IMG/VR virus record: IMGVR_UViG_3300050188_000002
Strand: one strand, 5' to 3'
DNA: 64,000 nt
Origin: an uncultured virus (IMG/VR IMGVR_UViG_3300050188_000002)
Lineage: Duplodnaviria > Heunggongvirae > Uroviricota > Caudoviricetes
The position numbers were made by a program, and so were the translations under genes. This document shows, piece by piece, positions 8,405 through 16,002 of this stretch; the stretch's first letter is position 1; each line of letters opens with the position of its first letter. Below the pieces are notes generated by a model. That model did no database searches. It saw only the letters and a program-made list of their open reading frames with translations, and was not told the DNA's origin.

Positions 8405-8790
8405 AACGATGGCTCTTCAATCGTTCATAAAAAGAACCTGGAACACTTTGCTCAGAACCTTATAAGACTTGGACTTTATCTAAAAGGCGTGTTCTTTGAC
8501 CGTTATGAGGCCCACTCATATTTGGGACGGTTACTCCTGTCTGCTCTTACCACTATGGCAGCAAGTGTGATGAATTTATTACTTTGTCCTATCTGTATCC
8601 CAACTTATATGGTGGGTTCTAATGCGTCATCAAACGCGTTTTATTCTCTGATACAACCTTGTACAATTATCAGAAGTGTTGTTTGAGGCTACCGTATGAC
8701 TAGTACGGCGGACAACTTTTCACAGAATCACAGTACTGTGCCACTGAATCCGAGTACTCCGTGGTCAGACGGTCTATAACATCGGATTAA
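8405..8790 (-). ncRNA. Candidate large structured ncRNA (~385 nt) within the tRNA array
   Basis: Dense hairpins and long-range helices with no convincing ORF. Confidence 0.55.
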
Positions 8791-8798
8791 CAATTCTA

Positions 8799-8870
8799 AG
8801 CCTCCAGTCGGATTCGAACCAACGGCCACTTGTTTACAAAACAAGAGCTCTACCACTGAGCTATGGAGGC
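8799..8870 (-). tRNA. tRNA-Thr(TGT)
   Basis: cttgt-TTTGTAA-acaag. Confidence 0.93.
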
Positions 8871-8924
8871 AAACCTAGTTTTATGTTTAAAGCATCTGGA
8901 CTAGAAAACCGGATGACAATGTGA

Positions 8925-9107
8925 TCACTTCTTATCTAATTTCTTATCAGAAGTGCCTACTTCTCGTTGCTTCTTAGTCTTCGTGAAAATACGAAGTTCC
9001 GCATCAGTCGCGCGTTTCCAATTACGGAAATTTAAAGCGACGATATGACGTTCCATTTCTGCTACTATACATTCTGCTTGTTGTTCTGGGGTTCTACGCA
9101 TTGCCAT
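8925..9107 (-). CDS. Small basic hypothetical protein inside the tRNA array
   Basis: 60 aa with AGGAG SD. Confidence 0.55.
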   Translation of the reverse strand: MAMRRTPEQQAECIVAEMERHIVALNFRNWKRATDAELRIFTKTKKQREVGTSDKKLDKK

Positions 9108-9154
9108 TTTGGTCTCCTGTTTATTAGTTTATGTTTTTTATTTAACTTTGCAAG

Positions 9155-9236
9155 CGGTACCGTAAAGAATCGAACTCTCATCCCATAGGGAGCGACTGAT
9201 TTCAAGTCAGTTTGTGCGCCATGCACCGACAGTACC
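9155..9236 (-). tRNA. tRNA-Ser(TGA)
   Basis: actga-CTTGAAA-tcagt, long variable arm, G73. Confidence 0.82.
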
Positions 9237-9420
9237 TAATTTTGTTTTTTTATTATTAAATATAGCACTACAAGTTTGTGTACAAAAAAGTTACCAGTAA
9301 TACTTTTTCTTACATCTGATATTTTTTAAGTATTTTGATACCACACTCTTTACAACATTCTTTAACACTATTACCAGAATCATAGAAATACTAGAATTCT
9401 TGTATAGTTACTATTCTCAT
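9237..9420 (-). pseudogene. Degenerate zinc-finger homing endonuclease remnant
   Basis: GATAAATA-N5-ATG, then an in-frame stop and a frameshift; CKECG and FFCTQTCSAIFNNK resemble FCSSNCAASYNNK of 5188-6162. Confidence 0.55.
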
Positions 9421-9464
9421 AGATTTATTTATCTATCTAGATCTAGAGTTTCGAACTAATAAAA

Positions 9465-9549
9465 TCAGGAAGACAGGATTTGAACCTGCAAGTTAATTAA
9501 AAACCGCCACCCAAAGACGGGCCGATACCAAGTTACGGGCTACTTCCTG
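9465..9549 (-). tRNA. tRNA-Pro(TGG) with an extended variable region
   Basis: ccgtc-TTTGGGT-ggcgg, C1-G72, 14-nt variable region. Confidence 0.82.
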
Positions 9550-9554
9550 TTAAA

Positions 9555-9626
9555 AGCGCCAAGAGAATTACGATATCTCAACCTGGAGTTTGGAAAACTC
9601 CCGCTCTTCCTTTGAGCTACTGGCGC
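9555..9626 (-). tRNA. tRNA-Gly(TCC)
   Basis: ggagt-TTTCCAA-actcc, U73. Confidence 0.85.
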
Positions 9627-9631
9627 ATAAG

Positions 9632-9712
9632 TGGGCTACCTAGGAATCGAACCTAGTATGGCAGAAGCCAACGGTTTTACAGACCGTCCTACACCCATTG
9701 TAGATGTAGCCC
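9632..9712 (-). tRNA. tRNA-Tyr(GTA)
   Basis: acggt-CTGTAAA-accgt with a variable arm. Confidence 0.9.
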
Positions 9713-9727
9713 AAGAAACATATTAAT

Positions 9728-9779
9728 TTGTCAAAGATCTGACCGAGATGCATTCTAACACCGTCTAACATTTTGTCAA
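9728..9779 (-). promoter_or_regulatory. Sigma70-type promoter plus boxA-like element for the tRNA array
   Basis: TTGACA-16-TAGAAT with extended TG, followed by ATCTTTGACAA. Confidence 0.7.
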
Positions 9780-9790
9780 ACACCGAAATT

Positions 9791-9845
9791 AAAAAAAGGA
9801 GTCTTTTTGGAGACTCCTCAGTATAACTTGAGTATATGAAGAGTC
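9791..9845 (-). terminator. Attenuator: intrinsic terminator overlapping an antiterminator
   Basis: Terminator GGAGTCT-CCAAAA-AGACTCC-T7; the alternative helix GACTCTTCA/TGAGGAGTC shares its 5' arm. Confidence 0.75.
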
Positions 9846-9846
9846 G

Positions 9847-9921
9847 TTATGCAATAACAGTTTCCCAGGCGCGATTATCACTTGGTTGTTTATGAAACGG
9901 ATTATAGCACGAGAGTGTCAT
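9847..9921 (-). CDS. Putative attenuator leader peptide MTLSCYNPFHKQPSDNRAWETVIA
   Basis: GATAAATA-N5-ATG; 19 different amino acids in 24 codons; stop codon abuts the antiterminator. Confidence 0.7.
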   Translation of the reverse strand: MTLSCYNPFHKQPSDNRAWETVIA

Positions 9922-9943
9922 ATAGATATTTATCCTAGAAATT

Positions 9944-10345
9944 TTATTCCTGCTCGGTTTTTCTTAGAAGTTCTAAAATGTCCACTATTTCATTTGAGAT
10001 GAACACCTCAAATTCCTGTAAGGAAGCAGTGGTGTCGATAATGTCTTTATCATAAGTAGTTTTGACATTGTATTCAATTCCACCTATGACTCTGTAGTAT
10101 ACATCACATCCAAAAACTGGCATGTTTGAATCTGTTTTATCATTCAAAACAAATAGCGTTTCATATGTATTTCGTATACCATCCACATTTAATGCTATGT
10201 TATTTCCAGTCATCGTTGGTTTAGATAAACCAAGACCTTCTGCAACTTTATCAATTACATGAAATATGCTATTGGTTAAAGAACTACCTTGATGTTCCAT
10301 CAGAAGTTTAACTTGTTTTTGTAGGTTGTAGTCATCGAAATACAT
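9944..10345 (-). CDS. Hypothetical protein, candidate internal head protein
   Basis: N-terminus MYFDDYNLQKQVKLLME is shared with the neighbouring gene and ends in L-x-E. Confidence 0.55.
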   Translation of the reverse strand: MYFDDYNLQKQVKLLMEHQGSSLTNSIFHVIDKVAEGLGLSKPTMTGNNIALNVDGIRNTYETLFVLNDKTDSNMPVFGCDVYYRVIGGIEYNVKTTYDKDIIDTTASLQEFEVFISNEIVDILELLRKTEQE

Positions 10346-10367
10346 ATGATCCTTTATTTAGAGTATA

Positions 10368-10757
10368 TTAATCCCTTACAATTTCATCTATAACGGAGTC
10401 TGAAAGTTTAGGAATTCCTAGATATTGTCCAAGATCGGCGTTTAATTCATTCAGTTCTTGTCGATTTTTATATAGGGTATCAGAGTAAACTGCTGCATCT
10501 TGGGTCTTAGAAACCTTTATGATTAGTTTTTCTGGGTCTATCGAGAGTTCGACGGCAACAAACTTACCATTTAATCTGACAATCCAAGCAGCGTGTCCTT
10601 CTCCAATATGTTTATAAAAACTTGGAGCATGTCCAATATAACGTTCAATAACACTGATAAAGTGTTTAGGATGAATATTTGGATCAATAGATTTATCATG
10701 GTCTTCACCTAGAAGAGATTGAACTTGGTTTTGTAGGTCGTATAAGTCAAAGTACAT
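10368..10757 (-). CDS. Hypothetical protein, candidate internal head protein
   Basis: N-terminus MYFDLYDLQNQVQSLLGE; AAGGA SD. Confidence 0.55.
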   Translation of the reverse strand: MYFDLYDLQNQVQSLLGEDHDKSIDPNIHPKHFISVIERYIGHAPSFYKHIGEGHAAWIVRLNGKFVAVELSIDPEKLIIKVSKTQDAAVYSDTLYKNRQELNELNADLGQYLGIPKLSDSVIDEIVRD

Positions 10758-10771
10758 AATTATTCCTTTAA

Positions 10772-11101
10772 CTAGTATTTATCCATTTTTCCAACATCTG
10801 TATTTGGAGCTTCTGGCTTTAAATCATGATGGATTACGTATGAAAACCTACCATGCACTGTCACTCTTTGACCATCAATAGTTGTATATTTTATTTCATC
10901 CTTAGTCCAAATAATGGTGTCTTCTCTAACAAAGGCAATACCAACAACTCCTTGATTATCATCAATAATAACAATTCTGGCTATGGTTGGTTTAACAAAT
11001 ATAGGAGATACCGTGATAGGTGGCAGTTTGACATTTGGTTCAGATGCACACCCAACCCCAAATAAAGCGAATGCTAAGAGAATGATTTTTAAATACTTCA
11101 T
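10772..11101 (-). CDS. Lipoprotein
   Basis: MKYLKIILLAFALFGVGC signal peptide with lipobox; GGAGG SD. Confidence 0.7.
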   Translation of the reverse strand: MKYLKIILLAFALFGVGCASEPNVKLPPITVSPIFVKPTIARIVIIDDNQGVVGIAFVREDTIIWTKDEIKYTTIDGQRVTVHGRFSYVIHHDLKPEAPNTDVGKMDKY

Positions 11102-11138
11102 ATAAGCCTCCAAAGGTACTTATCTGATAAATATGATT

Positions 11139-11333
11139 ATGAAAAGTCTTATCCAATTAATGCTTGAAATGCTCGAGGAAGATGGTCCCGTGACATCAAC
11201 CGGACCATCTGGTGTAGGAGCAGGCTTACAACCAAACGGAACCACAACCGGAAATAAAGGGGATGGAAGTGCTATTTCTGGTTACGATAAACGCTTAAGA
11301 TTCCGTAGGTTAAAAAAGAAACGCCGTAAATAA
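11139..11333 (+). CDS. Small late protein copying the capsid N-arm motif, with a basic tail
   Basis: GATAAATA-N5-ATG; GLQPNGTTTGNKGDGSAISGYD; RFRRLKKKRRK. Confidence 0.7.
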   Translation: MKSLIQLMLEMLEEDGPVTSTGPSGVGAGLQPNGTTTGNKGDGSAISGYDKRLRFRRLKKKRRK

Positions 11334-11364
11334 CAAAACCACCCGAAGGTGGTTTGTCTTTTTA

Positions 11365-12081
11365 TTAAACTGTCGTACAAGAGCGCTGACTTAGGATAAA
11401 TTCTACTACATCTTTCTTCCAAGGTTTGGCCTTAGAAACTCCCGTTTCAAATGACTCCCAAATTTCTAAGAGGCGAGAGGTTGAAAGATCATTTAAGAAA
11501 TCTACTACATCGTTCTTCTTAGAACTAGTCCAAACAGCTTTTAGAGCCTTGGCTTCGATACATTCGGTTTCACGAATTACAAGACTTGAAAACTGACTAC
11601 GATAGTCATCCTCAGTTTCTTCACGCCAGTACTCACCAGCGGATTCGTCTTCTCGTCTAAAATCTTCTAGAAGTTCATTTAGAGTAATTCCCTTGATAAT
11701 TTTACCAGAACTACGATCTAAAACGGCCTTTTGAACAAAACGCGTATCCTCCTTAGTAGTTGCCTTAGACGAGGTCGTCTTGGTTGGCGTTGGAGCACTA
11801 ACTGCAACATCAACATTCTTGGCAGTCAGTCCATAAGCAGATAGAGCATCCTTAGCGGAAGTTGTGGTCTCTGCCGCTTCCGCAGCCTCATCAACGCCAT
11901 TAAACACTTCAACGAACACTGGACGCTTAGTAGCCCCCGCTACAACTCGATGAACTGCGGTTAGGTCCTTAGTTGCCTTTAGGAACTTACGTTGCTTGTC
12001 ACTGAAGAAATACTCACCCTTACGTGGGGCACGAAAAACCATCTTACCATCAAATTCTACGAATGCTTCATACTTTTCCAT
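11365..12081 (-). CDS. Hypothetical protein
   Basis: 238-aa ORF with AAGGAG SD. Confidence 0.7.
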   Translation of the reverse strand: MEKYEAFVEFDGKMVFRAPRKGEYFFSDKQRKFLKATKDLTAVHRVVAGATKRPVFVEVFNGVDEAAEAAETTTSAKDALSAYGLTAKNVDVAVSAPTPTKTTSSKATTKEDTRFVQKAVLDRSSGKIIKGITLNELLEDFRREDESAGEYWREETEDDYRSQFSSLVIRETECIEAKALKAVWTSSKKNDVVDFLNDLSTSRLLEIWESFETGVSKAKPWKKDVVEFILSQRSCTTV

Positions 12082-12102
12082 ATTTTATCTCCTTTAAAAG
12101 AA

Positions 12103-12525
12103 TTAGTTTGAGTTATTTGAAATTATTTGTACCAAGTTTGCTACTTTAGTTAGGATCTCAGATCCGGATGAAATCTCTGCATCTAAACCAGCAGTGATAG
12201 CATCTTTTGTTTTCCAAGAGGTTGTCACACTCTCATTTCCATCAGAAGACCTAACAACTCGTGTAATAGTACCAGAAATCTTTATCTTTGCAACGCTTTC
12301 ATTGTCAAATCTGATATTGATCACTTCTGCCTGTACCAATGAATCGGCCGGAAGTTCTCCAATAACCAACTGGTAGACGTCTCCTGCAATATTGTTCATG
12401 GCATTTCGAACTGTGCCAAACTGTGAATAACCAGTACCTTCGAAGTCGTCAGTACGACGATCAGAATCAATATCAGAGACAACTATCAAACGATCATCGG
12501 TAATCTTAATCTTTACAATACTCAT
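12103..12525 (-). CDS. Hypothetical protein
   Basis: 140-aa ORF with SD and an upstream TTTACA-16-TATACT promoter. Confidence 0.7.
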   Translation of the reverse strand: MSIVKIKITDDRLIVVSDIDSDRRTDDFEGTGYSQFGTVRNAMNNIAGDVYQLVIGELPADSLVQAEVINIRFDNESVAKIKISGTITRVVRSSDGNESVTTSWKTKDAITAGLDAEISSGSEILTKVANLVQIISNNSN

Positions 12526-12602
12526 AAAATCCTTTCAAATAGGGTGAAGACCAACACTCGTGTAGTATAACAAGCAATCACTTCCTGTAAACTGTTTAAT
12601 TT

Positions 12603-12976
12603 GCCTGACCGAATACCCCACCAACCAAGTTCCGACGCACCTTCCCATATCCGCTGAGTACTACCCCTGAGGGAAGAAAGCAGAATAAAAGGATTTGTGT
12701 ATTGGAAGAGACAGTGTTTAGAACCGATAAACGGTTACCTTTTGTAGAGTTAGATTTAACCTTCTTACTAACCCTTTCGGGTCATCAGCACCTAGATAGA
12801 ATGGTCGCCATTGCTAGGATTTGTTTATTAAGAACAGAAGGGAACATATCTAAGACGGTTCAGCATAGACGAAGTGAATCTATACCCGCTTGCTCTTTTA
12901 GGTCAAAACCCAAAAGAAATCCTTGAACCTGTTTTGTTTTCTAGATTTTTCACCGTTACTCTCGTTACGGTCAGGC
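12603..12976 (-). ncRNA. Candidate ~375-nt structured non-coding RNA or element
   Basis: Terminal helix GCCTGACCG/CGGTCAGGC enclosing many nested stems; GAAA tetraloop on the minus strand. Confidence 0.5.
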
Positions 12977-13072
12977 TGTAGTAGAAAGATTAAACCTGTT
13001 GTCTCCCGTTGTATAGGATAATAGCACCTTTTACGGGTTGCTATTATTATCTTATCCTATTTTTATTAAAAA

Positions 13073-13499
13073 TCAAGACTCTAAGAATTTTTTAATTGTA
13101 GAGAATTGAGAAGCAAGGTACTCTGGATGTTTGAAATTTATGAATTGGGTGCATCTATCTCCATATCCCCTACCTGTTTTCTGGCTCTTTACAATATTGA
13201 CTGTTATAGAACCATCCTTTAACTTATTGTTTCTGTCAGGTGGAGTCTTGTAGACGTCCAATGAACACCTATTTTTATCGTTTTCTATTGTTATACTCAC
13301 CTTTTTAGTTTCTGCCCCAATTCCTGGGTCTAGGAGTACTTTTTGGTCTCCGGTTGGAGTATTCTGTACGTATNNNNNNNNNNAAGAAAGAATTTATTAC
13401 ATGAACTACTTTGTGGTAATCAGAAGCGAAAGATGCTAATTCATTCAAAAGATTTGAAAATTCTACACTTTCTGATAAAATTTCTTTGAAACTTTGCAT
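13073..13499 (-). CDS. Hypothetical protein, probably one gene across the N gap, candidate internal head protein
   Basis: GATAAATA-N5-ATG, then MQSFKEILSES, like a T4 capsid-targeting sequence. Confidence 0.45.
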
Positions 13500-13992
13500 A
13501 ACTATATTTATCATGGTACTAAACGACAAAAACCTAGAAGTAATCCTAGAACTGGTGATGAAATCCATTACATCTAAGATAAAGGATTACAAAACTCTGA
13601 TATATTTGTCAGAGGATTACGATACGTCAAGGTTTAAATCAAATACAAATTCGATGTTTCCATATGTTGAATATCAACAAGACGATATGATAGTGGCATC
13701 ATATGTATTATTCAAAGGGTATGTCAATTGTTGTGGTAGTGATTTTCGATATAAGTTAACAGTAACTATAAACTGCCCGAAAGATGAAGATCCTAGTCTA
13801 ATTTACATGGTTAGTAACTCTCAGATAGACTATATGGGATTGGTTGTTTGTGAGGAAATGTATCCCAAATATGGTAATCTGATGAAGTTTATAGAGCAGA
13901 TTGAGGCTACATTGGATTCGGTTGTAGAGATTGAATCTTGTAAGGAATCTGATACATTCCTACCTCCAACCGAATGGGATGCCGATAAATAA
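13486..13992 (+). CDS. Hypothetical protein (start uncertain)
   Basis: 168-aa ORF. Confidence 0.55.
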   Translation: MKLCITIFIMVLNDKNLEVILELVMKSITSKIKDYKTLIYLSEDYDTSRFKSNTNSMFPYVEYQQDDMIVASYVLFKGYVNCCGSDFRYKLTVTINCPKDEDPSLIYMVSNSQIDYMGLVVCEEMYPKYGNLMKFIEQIEATLDSVVEIESCKESDTFLPPTEWDADK

Positions 13993-13996
13993 TGGT

Positions 13997-14716
13997 ATGT
14001 CATCAGTTGTAATTCCAAACCCGCTTCCTCCATCAGAGCCACCATATAATGAACCTATCGGTTCAGATGCTAGGCAGAATCTAAACTATCTCCAGCCTAA
14101 TAACTATTATATGGCTTTTGGACACATGCCCGATTTCCCGCTTTGGTGTCAGGAAATTACCCTTCCTGGATTGAACGGACCAGAACCAGCAGTCCAACAT
14201 ACTCCAACAAGACATATAAAACATCCAGGACATGGAATTGCTATGCAGCGTTTGAGTGTTACTTTCAGTGTTGATGAAGACTTGGTGCAATGGGCTTTTC
14301 TATACAACTGGATTAACGCAATACATTTAGGCACAAGCATTTATGACCTGAGTACATACTTAGTAAAAGATCAGACAAGTGATGCTGGATATCAACGTCA
14401 CTTGAGAGTTCCATCTGATATGGGCGGTACAACAGATGCAACTCTGTTACTACTAACAAACAAGAAAAATGTCAATCTAAAGATAACGTTTGGTCGTTTG
14501 TTTCCAATCTCTGTTGGTGGTATTAAACTGGAAAGTACCAATACAACAGCTGACCATAGAATTGCCACCGTTGATTTTGAGTACAATAACATCAAATTCG
14601 AGCGCGTAGACCCTGCTTACGATCCTGTTTTACAAGATCCAAAGGTTAAGGAATGGCAAGAAGTTCAGCGTCGTATTTCTACTGGCCAACCAGTATTTCC
14701 TCCTTATCCAGTTTGA
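13997..14716 (+). CDS. Tail tube terminator / tail completion protein, gp3-like
   Basis: NYLQPNNY...CQEITLPG...LSVTFSVDEDL..W..LYNWI...FPISVGGI; start chosen from the GATAAATA-N5-ATG pattern. Confidence 0.8.
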   Translation: MSSVVIPNPLPPSEPPYNEPIGSDARQNLNYLQPNNYYMAFGHMPDFPLWCQEITLPGLNGPEPAVQHTPTRHIKHPGHGIAMQRLSVTFSVDEDLVQWAFLYNWINAIHLGTSIYDLSTYLVKDQTSDAGYQRHLRVPSDMGGTTDATLLLLTNKKNVNLKITFGRLFPISVGGIKLESTNTTADHRIATVDFEYNNIKFERVDPAYDPVLQDPKVKEWQEVQRRISTGQPVFPPYPV

Positions 14717-14747
14717 CTAAAAAATAGTTTTGGTGTATAATCAATCT

Positions 14748-15179
14748 ATGTCAAGATCAATATGTACCATTATAGAAGAATACAAATCAGATTCAGTTAT
14801 CCAACAACATACTTTGGACATGGATTCTGCTAATACCCCACAGTTGCACTCCAAGTATATGGAATACCTATCAGATGCTCGCGAAGAACTTCGTGGCTTG
14901 AAAGGTAAACAAAAGGTGCTAAAATTGAAAAAGGAACTCTATTATAGTGGTAAGGCTCCATCCTCAGCCTATAAGGACGAAAAGTTTGACTTAAAGGTTC
15001 TAAAAAGCGAAATCCCTACATGGGTAGAATCTGATAAAGAATATATGGCTTTATCAGATGAGGTTGAAAGAGTTGAAGAAAAGATAGAGCAGTTGATAGA
15101 TATCATCAAACAAATTTGTAATAGAAACTTTGCAATAAAAAATATTATTGATTTTCTAAGGTTTAAGAATGGCGGTTAA
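14748..15179 (+). CDS. uvsY: Recombination mediator UvsY
   Basis: PQLHSKY...YYSGKA...R.FAIKNIIDF..F..G, adjacent to UvsW. Confidence 0.85.
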   Translation: MSRSICTIIEEYKSDSVIQQHTLDMDSANTPQLHSKYMEYLSDAREELRGLKGKQKVLKLKKELYYSGKAPSSAYKDEKFDLKVLKSEIPTWVESDKEYMALSDEVERVEEKIEQLIDIIKQICNRNFAIKNIIDFLRFKNGG

Positions 15180-15210
15180 ATTTTCGAGAGTCATTTAGAC
15201 TCTCTTTCTT

Positions 15211-16002
15211 TTGGAGAAACCAATGGATTTCGTAGAAAAAATAGGATTTGAAATCGGTGAATTGATGTTTTCCAAGGCCTTGTTTAAGGATTTTCGTAAG
15301 TCTACCTATATCAGGACGTTCAAAACCACATTGATACCATCTTCTCTAAAAGAAGCAATGTTATTGAATGTACTATCAAGATGTAAAGTTAAGTTATCTG
15401 GGGTTAATGGATCTGATAAGTATGCTGAAACGAATTGTAGTGGCGAGACTGCTATTGTAAGCATGAACGAAACTATTGATCTACCCGATATGTCAGAATG
15501 TAAGGGAATACTTGACGTTTTAAAAGAAGCATATAACGAAGACCCAACCAATGATGTTGTAAAGACTGGTATAAGTTCTGTGTGTGATTATTATGTACCA
15601 GAAATTAACATCAAATATTTTTCTGGATCTGATATGATTAGTGCGAAGCAAGCCGTTGTATCAACTATAGTACATGAGGTGAGACACGTTTTTCAGTCAT
15701 TGGAGTTTGATGTAAAACATGAATTTGCGAAGAGGGATGAATCATCAACTGATTCGCATTACAATAGTTATGTTTTCAATAAGACTGAGTTAGATGCTCA
15801 AGTTTCTGAATTTAAATCGTTAGTTGAATGCGGAGCAACACCCCTTTACGCAGTATGTTATTTGGTGATGAGAAATAGAAAAGATTATGAATATAAACAC
15901 GATAGTAATAATATCAAGCACTTCTTTATACTAAAAGATTTGCTAAGTATTGATATTGACATAAAAGAATTTGAAGATATGATATTGTCATGGAACAAGT
16001 AA
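15211..16002 (+). CDS. Hypothetical protein with a zincin-like HExxH motif
   Basis: TIVHEVRHVFQ followed by Y....ELDA. Confidence 0.5.
   Translation: MEKPMDFVEKIGFEIGELMFSKALFKDFRKSTYIRTFKTTLIPSSLKEAMLLNVLSRCKVKLSGVNGSDKYAETNCSGETAIVSMNETIDLPDMSECKGILDVLKEAYNEDPTNDVVKTGISSVCDYYVPEINIKYFSGSDMISAKQAVVSTIVHEVRHVFQSLEFDVKHEFAKRDESSTDSHYNSYVFNKTELDAQVSEFKSLVECGATPLYAVCYLVMRNRKDYEYKHDSNNIKHFFILKDLLSIDIDIKEFEDMILSWNK

Noticed and set aside
8489..8686. 65-aa plus-strand ORF
   Set aside because: GTG start without a clear SD, antisense to the array and within a heavily base-paired region.
9237..9420. Stop-codon reassignment suggested by an in-frame TAG
   Set aside because: Core genes are intact under the standard code, no suppressor tRNA is seen, and this relic is also frameshifted.
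12765..12790. Hammerhead ribozyme core (CUGAUGA on the minus strand)
   Set aside because: GAAA is the loop of the following stem rather than following it, so the core is incomplete.
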